Shown: positions 41,996 through 58,150 of the stretch, one piece after another
Position numbering within the stretch: the first letter of the stretch is position 1
Layout of the letters: each line of letters begins with the position of its first letter
DNA from: the human T2T-CHM13v2.0 reference genome, Homo sapiens
Length of the DNA: 64,000 bases
Assembly (NCBI RefSeq): GCF_009914755.1
Contig: NC_060930.1
Strand: one strand, 5' to 3'
Program-made: the position numbers and the translations under genes
The notes under the pieces: generated by a model
What the model was told of the DNA's origin: nothing
The model's input: the letters and a program-made list of their open reading frames with translations, nothing else
Database searches by the model: none

Positions 41996-42270
41996 AGTGA
42001 TCAGGCACCTCTCCTAGCTTCTGACAGCTGCTGGTCAATCTCAGCATTCCTTGGCTTGTGGATGCATCTCTCCAATCTCTGCTTTATCATCATGTCACCT
42101 CTTTCCTTTTCTCTTATAATGACATTTGTCATTGGATTTAGGGCCCATTATAATTGAGTATGACCTCATCTAGAGATCTTTAACTTTACATGTGCAAAGA
42201 CACTTTTTGCAAGTAAGTCACATTCACAGGTTCCCAGTGGGCATATCTTTTGTAGGGCACCACTCATCAT
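41996..42270. mobile_element. MLT1 (B/C/D-like) partial LTR
   Basis: cattccttggcttgtggatgcatc...cattggatttagggccca...gtcacattcacaggttcc. Confidence 0.7.
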
Positions 42271-42366
42271 GGGACAGATATGTAGTAAAATGTTCCAATG
42301 GAAAAATATTTGAAGGATGTTATTTTGGAAGATAATTTTTTTGATGTACTTTAAAAACAAATTAGC

Positions 42367-42715
<349 letters not shown>

Positions 42716-43878
42716 TAGCATGCATTATTTCCCCAAAACCAATCGGAAAAATAGACTTGTTAGTTTGCTGAGGTGTAAGGAATTGGCATTTTTAAGTGCC
42801 ATTGATAGAACTGTAGATTGGTAGAGCCTTTCAGATAGCAATTTGGCAGTTCTGTTTCTAGGAATTTATACTACAGAAGTATGTGCGTCTTTACCCAAAG
42901 ATATATGCCCAATCATGCTCATTATAGCATTGTTTGTGATAGCAAAAATATTTTTTAAAAAAGTATTTTTTGTGTCTTTTTCTCCTAGGAGAAGTTTCCT
43001 TATGGACCTGGTGCAAAAGTAGACATACAATTCTAAATTATGTGGTCATTAAAAATTAGGAGAGAGAAAGTTTTTTGTATATTGACAAGGATAAAAAGCC
43101 ATAATATGCTGCTAAATAAAAATAGCAAGTTAAAAAACATTATTTATAGTGTGATCTCATTTTACAATCAGTATTTTTATACACTGAGGAAAAAAAATGA
43201 AAAGGATGTACGCAGCAATTATCTTTGAGTGATGGGACTACAGAACTTTCATTCTTGCTTTATACATTTCTAGATTGAGTAGGAACATTTCACAATGAGC
43301 ATCTATCATTTCTATTATAAGGGAGAAAACAATGAAGATTTTTTTTAAAAAAAAAAAAGAAAGACAAATTCTACAGAGAGTGGCATTGTTCCAGGGCTGG
43401 GTCTCGGGCCAAGCTTTAGACTCCGCTGCAAAGCAGTGGACAGGACCTCCCTCAGCGGGGCTTGTGAATAGCATGATTGACACTTTCTGCCTGGCCTGGG
43501 CTTTCATGCATCTGGCCTGGGTCAGCTGGGAACTCCCTCAAAATTTCCACCAAGGGGCCTCTCCACCTTTTGTACAGTGTTGACCATTTCTTCATTTTCT
43601 GTAAAGCCAGAGAGCCAAGAATGCTATTAGCTATGGAGGACTTCAAGCTCCAATCAGCTCATACTTCTCAGCTGTACGACTTTGAGTAAGTTATTTAACT
43701 GCCCTAGCCTGCCTACCTCAAGGGTTGATTTTGGAGATGAAGTTTAAAAAATACATAAAATTATTTCATGGACATCGCAACATAGTAAGTACACATAAAT
43801 GTCAATTCACACCCACCACCTCTTCTACCACTTCTTTCTTCTTGTCCACATTCCTGGGCAGGTAGTGGGTAATTTTCA

Positions 43879-44100
43879 ACAGTGGTTCTCAATGAGAGCT
43901 CTATCATCCCCTTGGTGGCAGTTTTAAAATGGGGAAGAGCACATGTTTTGGTTGTCGCCATGATAAAGAAGCTACTGGCTTTGTCTAGATCTTTGGCAGG
44001 TTCCAGGAATGCCAGATGTCCTACAATACATGAGACAGTTCCAGAGAATAAAGAATTGCTTTGTATCCCACGTAACTTTTCACTGACCCACAAGATATCT
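43879..44100. mobile_element. hAT-Charlie relic (MER20-like)
   Basis: cagtggttctcaa terminus; ttttggttgtc...gctactggc...gtcctacaat. Confidence 0.55.
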
Positions 44101-44127
44101 GTATAAGTTAAAAACCTGTTTATGCGG

Positions 44128-44454
<327 letters not shown>

Positions 44455-44547
44455 CTAATTTCATTTCATATAACAACATTGCATTTCCCAAGGAGAATAT
44501 TGTATTTGTTTTGTTTTGATTTTACCACATTTTTTGAAAATCATATT

Positions 44548-44707
44548 TTTTATTATTATTATACTTTGAGTTTTAGGGTACACGTGCACAACATGCAAGT
44601 TTGTTACATATGTATACATGTGCCATGTTGGTGTGCTGCACCCATTAACTTGTCATTTAACATTAGGTATATCTCCTAATGCTATCTCTCCCCCCTCCCC
44701 CCACCCC
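44548..44707 (-). mobile_element. 160-bp severely 5'-truncated young L1PA
   Basis: L1PA 3' terminus; TSD gaaaatcatatt at 44536-44547 and 44708-44719. Confidence 0.92.
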
Positions 44708-44769
44708 GAAAATCATATTCTGATAGCAACACTACTTATGCAATTTTTGCCTCGAAATAAAACACACTT

Positions 44770-44846
44770 CTTGTATCAAAACATCCCATTGTATCCCATA
44801 AATATGTACAATTATTATGTGTCAATTAAAAATAAAAATTAAAAAA
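44770..44846 (+). mobile_element. Short L1MA 3' end
   Basis: tgtatcaaaacatc...cccataaatatgtacaattattatgtgtcaattaaaaa. Confidence 0.7.
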
Positions 44847-45203
44847 TTTCCACCTCTAACCATCTGCGTCTGCAGCTGTCACAAGTTGGTTTGGTGCATA
44901 GGTGCAATCACCTGACAATATTCTTATTCCTCTGGAATACTCATTCTTAAACATTTATATAATGAAATCCATACTAATCTATTATAAATTACTTTTCTCT
45001 TATTTCTCTTTATACTAGTTTGTGCATTATATTGATTTTTTTGAAGTGATGTGTAGGTAGATCATATTATCCATCATTTTTATTTCAGAATCATAAAAGA
45101 AGTATTACAAACTATTTATTACCAAAAGAGAACATGATAAGATCAAGGACTGGTCTAGAAGATCATAAAGTTTTTCAATTGCAGCAAAAACCCTAGAGGG
45201 GAA

Positions 45204-45544
45204 TGTATTAGTTCGTTTTCATGCTGCTGATAAAGACGTACCCAAAATTGGGAACAAAAAGAGGTTTCATTGGACTTACAGTTCCACATGGCTGGCGAGG
45301 CCTCAGAATCATGGCAGGAGGCCAAAGGCACTTCTTCTATGATGGCAGCAAGTGAAGAATGAGAGAAGCAAAAGCGGAAATCCTTCAGATCCTGTGAGAC
45401 TTATTCACTATCACGATAATAGCACAGGAAAGACCGGCCCCCATGAATCAATTACCTCCCCCTGGGTCCCTCCCACAACACTTGAGAATTCTGGGAGATA
45501 CAATTCAAGTCAAGATTTGGTGGTGACACAGCCAAACCATATCA
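45204..45544 (-). mobile_element. THE1 (C-like) solo LTR
   Basis: tgtattagttcgttttc...acagccaaaccatatca. Confidence 0.92.
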
Positions 45545-46775
45545 AGAATCATTTCTCCTGTGAAGTAGGGTGGGTTCAACAATTGCATGTTTTCAATTGT
45601 AGAATAGTGACATTGGCAAAAATTCCAGCATTTCCGGATCCTAGGTTCAAGATAACAGCCAACATCTGTCCATCTGGAGCCAGAACCAAGGAGGCAACAG
45701 GGCCCAGAATGAATCTTATGAGAAAAGGTCCTTAGCTCAGAAGGAGAGATCAAGTAATTAGTTTGTCCTTTCTAGTTTGCCAGACCAGAAGGCAGGAGAT
45801 ATATCATGAGCCTGTAGAAGAAGCGAAGGTCAAGAAGCCAGAGAGGCAAGTCCACTGAGGAGGGGCAGGGGTGGGGACAATTGTTGCTGGTGGTTAACAA
45901 AGTAGTTAGTTGGACAAGGGGTAAGGTAAAGAATGCGGAACAGGTTTAGCCTCAGCATCATTTTAATATGTGGGTTGGGACTCCTAGATCTGTGTCCTTC
46001 TACCAAACACTGAATATTTGTTGCATGATTTCTTAAAGGTGCCATCCAGCATCTGAAAAATAAGGAATGAAGTCATCTGATTTCCTCAAGTTTCTTTGCT
46101 AGTGGGCCAAAAGGTGGATAAAAAATATTGAAAATTGCCAACGAATAAATCATTATTTGTAGTTTGGAATACTTCGTGTTACTTTTATTTTAGTTTATAT
46201 CTACTAGTGATGGAAAATCTGTTTTCACGATTCACAGAGAACACCAACGCAGAATGAGCTATGGTAACGGTGGTCTAGTTTCCACAGTTTTCCAAATTAT
46301 GAGGAAGTGAATGATTGCCAAGACCTCCTAACAGGCTCCAGACTACAGAGAGTTTGCAGAAGTAAAATGACAACAACAGCGGCAAAAATAAAAGACAGAG
46401 TGGATAATTTGAAAACATTACGTCCATAGTCTAGTTTATTTTAAATCCAAACAAAATTGAAAGCAAGATTTGCTTAGGATAATGTGCAAAATGGATGCAC
46501 TGTATCCAAAGAATAAAGCACTATTCTATTAGAGTGAGGAACTATATTTGGAAAAGAGTAGTGTTAAAAATAACCCTAAAGGAGGAAGTCAGAAAGGAAT
46601 CAGAAAGACATTTTACACAGATCAGAAGTGAAGGGTTATCAAAGATAGAAGTCCTAAGACAGCGTATAAGTGTTCTAAAATATTTAGTCTAAGACACATT
46701 TAGACAACCTCCTACATCAGGAGTACCCACCTTGTCACTCACCAGACCTATCATCTTAAGAATTATATTATATGC

Positions 46776-46817
46776 GGTTCGTGCAAAAGTAATTGCTGTT
46801 TTGCCATTACTTTTAAT
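46776..46817. mobile_element. Half MADE1 (Hsmar1-derived MITE)
   Basis: ggttcgtgcaaaagtaattgctgttttgccattacttttaat matches one MADE1 arm. Confidence 0.75.
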
Positions 46818-46989
46818 ATAATATATGTAACATTATATTTATCTATATTTATTATGTATTCATACATACATATTCATAATGATAGATATAGATAAAGGTA
46901 GAAAAAGAGATATATTCACTTATAAAAGTAAATCTTGCTACATGTTATTTTTTTTAAATAAATAAATAAAATTAAATCTTTCCAACCTA

Positions 46990-47515
46990 GGCTATGTTGG
47001 GGTGTAACTGGTGTACAGGACAGGCACAGCCCTGCCCTCACAAAGATAGCCAAGTCAGGGAGTCAGGCTGCTAAATGGGCAATAATAACACAGACCCATG
47101 CTGGAGCAGTGCATGAGCTGTCAGAGAATCTTGGAAGGGCACTTGTTTGAGTCCTGGATAGTCAGAGGGAGATTCCCAGAGGAAATGATGTCTAAGCAGA
47201 GATCCAAAGGATGAGTTGGAATTTGCTGAGGAATGAGGGTGGCAGAGGGGCAGGAAGATTATATCCCATAGAGGTAACAACATTTAGAAAGGCCCGGAGA
47301 GGGTAAGGACTCATCAGAGAGACAAGTTCAATGTGACAAGATCAGTGGCATGGAGTGGAGTGGAAGCTACTGAGGTAAATAGGAACCAGATCATAATGAG
47401 GTGTCTTAAGGGTTTCTGCATCCTAAAAGCAATGGTGAGATTTTAAAGGGCTTGAGCAGGGAAGCAACGTAAGCAGGTGGAACATCATTCTGGCTACAGT
47501 GTGGAGAACGAATTA
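46990..47515 (-). mobile_element. L2 fragment
   Basis: cacagccctgccctca...tcagagggagattcccagaggaaatgatgtctaagcagaga...tcattctggctacagtgtggaga. Confidence 0.65.
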
Positions 47516-48563
47516 AAAGAAAGAAAACATATATATTGTTTGTATAGTAATGTATCTATTCAATCATTATATGTTGCTCACCTGCCTTTTCCTATTTTCT
47601 AAATCCTATGTCTTAACTGGCCAAGGTGAACCCAACATATCACTGTCTCATAAGCATTTTTAAAAGATATGCCAGTATTTCCTGATTAACATATTAGGAA
47701 AGAATGAAACAAGAACTATAGATAATAAGGCAAGATTTTAATTGATAGAGACTCTTGAAGCAATCAGAAAATAATTATAAATGCAAGATAAAGTGTCAGC
47801 TCACCTGATAGAGCTAGAGCCTTAAATAATCTTGTATCTATAATATGGGTAACAAAAATTGTAATTCATAAGAGCCCATTTTTAAAGGAATCCTGGGAAG
47901 GCCTCACGGAGGAGGTAGAATTTTTGTCTGGGTTGTTTTTAAAGGATAAGTAAGTTTAAGAAACTGAGAATGGGAAGTAGGGTGGAAGGATCTTCTTGAA
48001 AAAGGGTCAGGAGAAGACACTATACATACAAAGTGTAAGTTTTCTTTGCATCTGGGGTCACGATGCTGGACAAGTGCAGGACCCTGACTGCCACAACTCA
48101 TGGCCTCCGGAATGGAGAACAATCAAGTTTTGAAGGAGGAAGGACTTCCAACTCTGCCCTAGGAAATCTAAGCTCCCTGTGACAGGTGGCATAGATTAAA
48201 GTCTGAGGACTAGTGGCAGGGAGACCAACCTAGCTTTAACTGTGCAAACACAATGTGAAAAAGGCATCAACTTGGTGGCTCAATGAATATTGGAAGGAAA
48301 GGATTTAGAGAGAATGTGAAGTGAGGGAAACTACAAGGAGGGTGAGAGAGAAGAAGCCCTTCTGAATACTTGGGAATGCTAGTTGAAAATGGGCCAGTCA
48401 GCCTTGTTCTCATGCAGAAACTATGGGGATCATGCCAAACCAACGCAAATGTCAGCATAAGTATTTGCGTCTACTAGGAATGTGAGTACTAAGTTACCAG
48501 CCCTTGTAATAAACACAATTAACAGCATGGAAGCCATTAGACTGGTTCTTGGAAAAGGGCTCA

Positions 48564-48926
<363 letters not shown>

Positions 48927-50234
48927 GCAGAGCTAGAAAGCTAAGTTATTGTTATTTGGCCAGGGGCTTGTTTGTATGAAGTAATAGCAAACAATCTTAA
49001 TGGTTTTAAATAGCCCTGAACAATTCTCTGATTTTGAGAAAAGCTAGTGAGTACATTGTTGTCTTGATGTAAATTAGCACATGGAGCCACAGACAAAGTT
49101 GTTTTCTCCACTTTCTCCTCTGTGGTTTCTAATAATTCTGCACGTGCTTCCCTACCTGTTACCACTGGCCAAGGAAAAGCCAAAGTAATGTGTCCGTTAC
49201 AGGATTCTCTTCTACATACCTAGAAGCCTTTCTGGAAAAGAGTATTCAGAGAAAAATAAGGACGAAGCAAATCACAGGGCATTACTGGCTGGGAAGCCTT
49301 GAAACTTAGTTTCCATACTAACCTTAAGAAACTGTCAATTGAGAGGCAAGTTTCTGAACAAGGTAGTAATAATGAAAATCGCATTTTAATATTTCAGTAT
49401 AGTTGCTAATACAAGGTAAATGACGGGAGGGAAAGACCACAAGGATTTACAGGAGGTTCTAAGAGGAAGATGTCATTGTGAATAAAATAGAAAATGAGTG
49501 GAGTTTGAGGTTTTTTTGGCGCCTAGAAAAAGAGAAAAGAAATGGTTACAAAAGGTGTCTTAGGTAAAGAGACACCATTAGTTGAAGCTGGGCCATGTAT
49601 GGGAATGCAGGGCGGGGATGAGAGGTGTGAAGACACAGGAGCTACCACAGAACAGAGTAGTGTTAATCCTGGTAATTCTCATCCACACCAGTACAGGTAG
49701 ATAAAATTTAGAGATGAAAGGCCACCGTATTTAACCAGAAGAAATCACTGTTACTTTCAAATGGATAGCCAATTTGAGGAGAGTCTAAAGGGGGGTGGGG
49801 GGAAATGTTAATAGAAAGCAAAAGGATAATGAGATTACAAATAAAGATATGATGAAGGTGTGGGATTTGAAGGAAGAAAGCAACAAAATATGGCTGGACC
49901 TCAGAAGATAGTGAGGTATGTAGATGAAGGATAAATCTGATTTCAAAACCATGAGCAAAGGCCAGAATAGCTCTGGTGGTTTAACGCCCAGTGCTTTTTA
50001 TTGCTTTATGAAATACAAATTGTGAAGCCTTAAAATTGTATTGCGCATAGCGAAACGTAGGGGGAGTCACCTCGGCCCACAGCCCCTCTGTCTTGTTAGT
50101 TGTTGTTGTCCCATCCATGAGAAGGACAAAGCGGTGCCATGAACACAGGGGAAGAGGAGAGATCCAGGGATGAAAGCCAGGACAGGAAAGATGAACTCAG
50201 TAATAGGAACAATGAGGAAACAGTGTGGGGAGGG

Positions 50235-50395
50235 AATAAACATTTATTTCCTAATACAAACCAGATGCTCTAAATATATTATCTCATTCAACCTTCACCA
50301 CAGCCACGAGGAGCAGATAGATGATTGAAGAAACACGAGGTTGAGGAACTTGCCCAAGAACACAGAACTGCATTGAAGTTGAGACTCCATTCAGA
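50235..50395 (-). mobile_element. MIR
   Basis: attatctcattcaaccttcac...gaggttgaggaacttgcccaag. Confidence 0.6.
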
Positions 50396-51546
50396 ACCTA
50401 ATAACACAACATTCCTCTCCTCGAGATGGGAAAAATAGCACTTGTAGGATAGAAGAAACAAGAAGTTGAAAACTGAAGATGAAAGTTATTACACAGAAAA
50501 AAAAATCATAGAAACAGAATGTTGAAAACATATTAAGCCACTAGTATTCAACGTCAAGGGTGTTATTGGACTGTTATGGAAACGCCCTGGACTATTAAGA
50601 TAACTATTTAAGAAAAGCTAATTTTCACACATGGAATGATCGGAAGAAACTTGTACAATCAACTGAGACATCCGATGAAAACCGTAAATAACGAGGAGAA
50701 TGTCCTCTTTCCTCTGGCATAAAAATATTGCCAGATTGTGGCGACAGTTCAAAAATTTTATGAAGGAGACCCCCCCCAACCCAGCCCTGGAGAAAAGTCA
50801 TCCTTCCTTTTCTTTCCCCCAGCTCCTTCTCTCAGCCAGCCCTTTCTCAGCCACTCTGATTTTGGGAAATAAAAACGGCAGGAAATTCAGTATTTGCTCT
50901 CGGCATCACTTCCTCTCTTTCCAAGCCGCCCCCCACATTTCCCATTCAATCTATGAATTATAATGTGTATCCCCATCTCATGTCCTTGAGAAAGGCTTTC
51001 AAATAAAACAAGTACTACCTGTTTTGATAAAAGTATCTCCTTCAAAAGTTATTTTCTTAAATGTCATTACCTTAAGTCTACATAGGATAAATAAATCAAT
51101 AAAACACAAAATGTCTCTTCCCTGGACAAAAAAATTCTGAAAATTGTTTATTTCATGAGAAATGCATGACAGATGGTATGAGTAGTGGTGAGGCGTTCAA
51201 AACAGAACAAAGTTTCCTACTGTTCTGTCAGATGTTTCCACTCTCTGTTCCATCCATTAAACGCTGACTTATTTTTCTTCCACAAATTCAGTTTGGCTTC
51301 TAAAAAAAAATAAATAATGCTTTGGGTATTCATTTAAGATTTTCTTATACCTTTACTGGAAACCTCAATCTGAAATGTAACCTTCACACCGCAGGGATTA
51401 AGTGGCTGGAAGCATCTGTGATAACTATCGCAGCACATAAAAAATGATGCTTATTGTTCAAGGGAGCACTCAATTACCTATGATCACTCAGATTATTAAA
51501 CTGGATGCGTAGAGTGGTACATAAGTAATATTTAAATGTTTCATGG

Positions 51547-51849
51547 GCTGGGCATGGTGGCTCACACCTGTAATCCTAATACTTTGGGAGGCCTAGGTGG
51601 GTGGATCACTTGAGGTCAGGAGTTCCAGACCAGCCTGGCCAACATGGTAAAATCCTGTCTCTACAAAAAATACAAAAATTAGCCAGCCATGGTGGCAGGC
51701 GCCTGTAATCCCAGCTATTCGGGAGGCTGAGGCTCGAGAATTGGTTGAACATGGGAGGCGGAGGTTTCAGTGAGCAGAAATGGAGCCCCTGCACTCCAGC
51801 CTGGGGGACAGAGCAAGATGCTGACTCAAATAAATAAATAAATAAATAA
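51547..51849 (+). mobile_element. AluS-like SINE with (TAAA)n tail
   Basis: Full Alu. Confidence 0.95.
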
Positions 51850-51949
51850 GTTTCAGGAAAGAAGGTTACTGTTAAAATCCCAAATGTTCAATTTGTTAGT
51901 AATGGGTTTGCTAAAACAATACCCATATTGCCTCAAGGATGGTTCTACG

Positions 51950-52180
51950 AAGCTTGTCTAACCCACAGTCCACGGGCCTCATGTGGCCCAAGACAGCTTT
52001 AAATACAGCCCAACACAAACATTTCATAAACTTTCTTAAAACATTTTGAGGTTTTTTTGCAATTATTATTTTTTTTTAGCTCATAAGCTATTGTTAGTCT
52101 TAGTGTATTTTATGTGTGGCCCAAGACAATTCTTCTTCTTCCAATGTGGCTCAGAGAAGCTAAAAGATTGGACACCCCTG
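51950..52180. mobile_element. MER30-like hAT DNA transposon
   Basis: atgtgtggcccaagacaattcttcttcttccaatgtggc...aaaagattggacacccctg. Confidence 0.85.
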
Positions 52181-55100
52181 TTTAGGCTATATTTTGGTAA
52201 ACAATGAAAGGTATTCTCATAGACGTCCACTGTACCTTATGACTGAGATAAATGATGATAAATCATTTATAATAAATCAGTCATAAATGCATGAAATGGA
52301 AGCATTTGCATGACTTTATGCCCAATGTGCATGCACACACACGCACACACACAACTTTCAACAAGACATGATTAAATATGGTCATGTATGAACTTTGCCA
52401 ACTCCTACATGACCCAGATGATCCATGCCTACTACATACTTCTCTCTCATGCAGTTTGTTTTGTTTACTTCCCCTTTTTTATTCTTTTGAATAAAATTTT
52501 TGGATGTAAAGGAACAATGAGCTTGTAGAAGAAAACTTGTAGAGATGTGGATGATAAAGTTTTCAACGGGCATTCTAGATGACAAGTGGATCATATTTTT
52601 ATTCTTCCTGCTGAGTCAGATCCTTTATAGAATTGAGTGACTCCGCTCAGAATATGCTGATTTATGATAGGAACTGAGATTTATATCACTCTATTAAAAA
52701 GACTGTAATCTCTAAAAAGAAAATAATTAGGCAAGACGTTAAAAGATCCTAATTAAAAGCAAAAAACTTCTCAGCAAAACCATATCTGCTAAAAATCAGA
52801 GAAACATTTTCAAGGTTATTCTGGAAACAAATTGACTCTACTTGGCAATCTTCACAAAATGGAAAGTACTGCAGTCTGTCCTGCCAGTTTTCTTGTGTGT
52901 AACTGACCACTGCTAAATAAGAAACGAACCCAAAACTCCATTGCTTTAATTATTCGTCTGATTGACCAGCAAACCAACATTAAAAATTATTTTATTTTTA
53001 CAGAGGAGATTTGCAAAGTGGGTTGCCATCTGTAATTGTTTTTTTAAAAACACAGCATTCAGTAGTATAATTGGCTAAAATATTGTTGTTGATAGAATCC
53101 TAATGGTAATTACAAACTGAAAAGAAACAAGAATATTGAAATCTGAATAATTTAAAGCAGAATTTTTAAAGTGACGGCAAAATTATTGTGCTACTTTCAA
53201 GGCAAAGACTTGCCCTCTGGGTTTCTTTTCTTCAGAATTCAAATCTGTGACATGCACAGGTTAGTACTTAAGCCTTAATAGATTTAACTGTTAACTTTTA
53301 CAGGGGATTACCAGGGAGTGGGTTGAGAAAAGTGGACATACAGGGATTATCTGTAAATGTCCTTGCAACTTCTCTGAAAATCTAAAATAACTGTTTTTAA
53401 TGTAAGGATTATGGTTATTTAGAGAAGGAAATCTGGGAGAGGAAAAGAGCTTAGGGAGAGCTCCATGGAGCAAGCCCTGTTTGTATTGGACGGGCAGAAT
53501 TAATACACAAATTAATGTGTAATAGTTACTCATTAATTGCCCTAAAGAGGAAGGGCATTCTAAAGAGAGGTAAAAACATTGAAAAGTACAAAGAGGTACG
53601 GTCCTGGCTAACCAGGAAATGTCAAACAGCTTTCACTCCTTCATTAAGTAAGGTTTAGAAGCATTCCTCTGTGAGATCTAAGATTTAGTGGCCTATCACC
53701 ACAGCTAGGATTTTGTATCAAGTCCCCAAACTTCTTGTCAATTATACACTCAACCCTGTTCTCCCAGGGACTATCTCTCCCTGTCTAGTGGATCAAATTT
53801 TCTTCCTTGACCCATGATGGCAGACACATCACACATTGATACAGCTACTTTGACCTTGCCATTTTGACATGGGAGTATTTTGGCATACCGTTGCCCATGT
53901 TACAATTCTAATTCACATGACATTTAAACGAGGAAGTCTCCCTTCCTTTCTCATGGATTCCTGAGCATTTTGCTGGAGGAGTCTTAGTACTCATCACTTT
54001 TTGCCTTGAAATGTTACCCATGCCTGAAAAAAAGACACAGGGCTACAATGGAGAAGCACTCAGGGTCTGGAGTTACTGCTTACACCTGCCAGTGGTATAA
54101 GGCATGACCATAGCCATCTCAATCAGCCTTTCTGAACTGTTTCTTCATCCTTGTGATGATAGCACTTTAAGCGCCAGGTTGCAGTAAGGAAGTAATGAAG
54201 TCCAGTGCCTGGAATAAAATAAGTACTTAATAAATGCTTGCTGTTCTCAAGAAGTTTCTTCTTAGGAAGAAAGAGTCTGTCCTATTCATCTCGGAATCCC
54301 CCATAACCCAGTGCCTTATGCCTATTATGCTGCATTCTCTTATGAAAAGATAAACAACCCTTAGAGATACCTTTCAATCATACTTGAGAATTGTACTGTA
54401 TTTCTTGTCTTTCATGTACAGAAATTATAATGTTTTGTATTGTAGCTATATTATCATTAAAGGGCTCTCATTGTATACGTTTTGCACAAAGAAACTGAAA
54501 ATCCAAGGGGGTCATTTGCTCAAGGGTATGCAAGCTAGTTATTGGGCATATTACTCCTATGAGCTACTTCCTATTTCATAACAGGTCAGCCTCCCGTCCT
54601 TAGCATAGCTTTTTCCTTCACTCATATCTGTTTTCTCTGTTGCCCTATGACCAACAAACTCGCCATAAGAAAACTCCAGTCACATTTGCTGAATAGAAGT
54701 AACACTGTCTAATGCTTTCATTAAGGACAAAACACATCTGCTTCTTCACTCTATGTGAAAATTGTACCTAGTTCTAAGAAGATATGATGTCACAATATGT
54801 GAAAAGCATAACAGTTCATGGTAAAGGAACATCAACATTCCCTAGTGCTTTTAATGCAAAATTGTGTGCTGCTGTGTTCCATTTCTGTGATTATACATAT
54901 GCAAGCTTAATGTAACTGATTTTCTTATTTGTAAACACTAGAAAATGTAAACAAAACTTGACATGTTAGTCACAATATTGAGGTGGTTGGAATGAATGCC
55001 TTAATTTTTCTATCATATTTTTAAATTAATAATATTTTATAGCAACCTATATTGCTCTTTAGACTTAATATGAAATAGCCCTTAGAGTTGAAACAGAGTA

Positions 55101-55260
55101 AAAACCTGAATATGGTGGAAAGCTATATTAAGATATTTTAAAAAATATTTCTAATAAAGTTTTATAGACTTTAGGGCATGTAGCATTTGTCAAATTAACT
55201 ATTAATACATAGTAATTTCATTATTATGGATTCCCTTTTTATATTTTAAGAAATATATGA

Positions 55261-55669
<409 letters not shown>

Positions 55670-57788
55670 TGACCAAGGTAAATCTGTTTACATCCTCCTC
55701 TTTCTTCCTGAAAAATTACTTTCTGCCAATGTATTTATTACAAATGTTTGTTTTATGCTTGTTAATTCTCCATTTGTCAGGTACCATGCCTTTTTGTTTG
55801 ACCTGCTGGGTCCTCATGTAGACATTAGGGTGGATGGGTACATAAAGATTTTTCTTAAATTTTGAGTCATTCTTTGTTTCCTGAGGATAATATCTTTTAT
55901 TAGTCTTCTGCATAAAAATTTTATCCTTTGAGCTGTGGGCAGCTTACAGAAAAAATGCCTAGGACTATGACTAAAATATTTAAAAACCATTATATTTTAA
56001 AAGCCAGTATTTTTATTTTTTATTTACATATTTATTTAATTGTAAGTTGATGGATTATAGCTATATATATTTATGGAGAATAAAGTGATATCATGATTTA
56101 TGAGTACAATGTGTAATAATTAATAAAGCTAATATTTTAAAATTTATGAATGTCTTCTATTGAAACATGACATGCATAATTGGTGTCCTGAAATATTATA
56201 ATTTCAAAAGAATTGCTTTACTATAACTTCTTTCATAATTTGCCTACACATGCACTCCTCTGCTTGATCTTTTGTTTCTGTTATGACAAGGGAGAAGTTT
56301 TTTAAATTACGTGTCATTCACAAAGAGTCCTTTCACACAATTGACTCTTGAAAAGCAGATACCTTCAATAAGTCAGCCAAGTAAATTCCCATGAAGTCAA
56401 AAGACAGAAGTAAATGCTCCCTACTCTAGTCCTTTCTTCACATACTTTTTTTTTTTTTTTTTTGGTTCCAAAACCTCTTTCTAAAAATATGCAGGGTTTC
56501 CAGGACAATACTTGATTCTGTTATTTCTAGTACAAATTTACAGGTCTAAAATTCCTTCTAGTTTTATTCCAAAAATGAAATTCCAGGTCTCTTTAATAAG
56601 TTGTTTTATATGAATTCCCTCATTCATTGATTTTCCTAACAAATTTTTATTATCTGACTAAAATGCATCAACTACAATATTGTAATCTGAAGATAAAAAT
56701 ATGAATAAGAAAGTTTCCCACCTTCATAAACTAATGGTGATACAGGTTTAGAATCATCAGAATGCAATATGATAAAGTGCTAACTGATGAAGAAGCACTA
56801 AGGAGAAAGAAAGAGATGATATTTGAACGAACCAAGAAAAGCCTCCCAGAAGTGTTGGGTCATAAAAATTGGGTAGGTGCTCATCAGATGAAAAGGAAGA
56901 GGATGGGCCTTCTAAGTGGCAGGAGATAAATGATAGGGCAGGCAGGTCAAAAGAAGAGTCAAGGAAAAATAGGATGTTGCCAGACACTAAAGGGTCTATA
57001 TACCAATTACCTTGAGGACATGGAGGATTCATAACAGGTTTTCAAATACCGATCGAAATAAACACATTTAAGGTCATAACTATCTGTATGCAATGTATAT
57101 TATTATCCTTTTTTCTGGCACATAATATTAATAGGTTGTTTAATGTGACTGTTATCTTTAGATATGACTTTATTGATGTTCCAACTTTTACACAGCCAAA
57201 AATGGTCCAGAACCATTTCTTGTTTGTTTAATTAATTATTCTCTCCAAGTGCCTAGTGAGTACTCATAAAATACTACACGACTACAGGAAAGCACTCTCT
57301 TCTGTAAAGAGTTTGGTTATTGGACAATCAAGATATAGCACATCTTTATGTTTATTTAATACTTCTTTGAGCGTAAGCATGCCTCAATGTTTTACTTATT
57401 ATTCATTTCACTAGCCTGATGTGGTCTCAGTTCCTGTTTAGGTTTCTGCTCTAAGGAATTGAATCATAAAAGTGAAGGAGAAAGCCCTGCACAGGCTATG
57501 AAACATAGGTCAATCTTTGGGAAAATAGGTGTAGGGAACAGTGGCTTTCTGAGACATAACTTAGCAAATCAAAAGAAAAATAGACTTTTGCATTCAGCCT
57601 TGATGGGGTAACAGGACACAGATTTACCTTCCCACCACAAACAACTGGAGCATTGGACAAAATATATGAACAACTGTCTTTAGATGTTTGGCAATGAACT
57701 CTGCATGTTTGTGATCCCTAATAAAACAGTACAAAATAAAAAGAATGGTGCATTAGTGACCTGTAGCAAGCTAATCTAACATGTGTGT

Positions 57789-58150
57789 TGTATTAGTCTA
57801 TTTTCATGCTGCTGATAAAACCATACCTGAGACTGGGTGATTCATAAAGAAAAAGTGGTTTAATGGACTCACAGTTCCACATGGCTGGGGAGGCCTCACA
57901 ATCATGGTGGAAGGCGAAAGGCACTTCTTACATAGCATCAAGCAAGACAGAATGAGAACCAAATGAAAGGGGTTTCCCGTTATAAAATCATCAGATCTTG
58001 TGAGACTTATTCACTGCCATGAGAACAGAATGGGGGAAATCACTCCCATGATTCAATTATCTCTCACTGGCTCCCTCCCGTGACACATGAGGATTGTGAA
58101 AACTACAATTCAAGATGAGATTCGGGTGGGGACACAGCCAAATCATATCA
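57789..58150 (-). mobile_element. THE1 (B-like) solo LTR
   Basis: tgtattagtc...cagccaaatcatatca; TSD tgtgt. Confidence 0.92.

Noticed and set aside
49900-53300. Repeat-poor stretch with scattered CpGs and an AP-1 site (tgagtca, 52612)
   Set aside because: Not a CpG island, and no recognisable exon or RNA gene.
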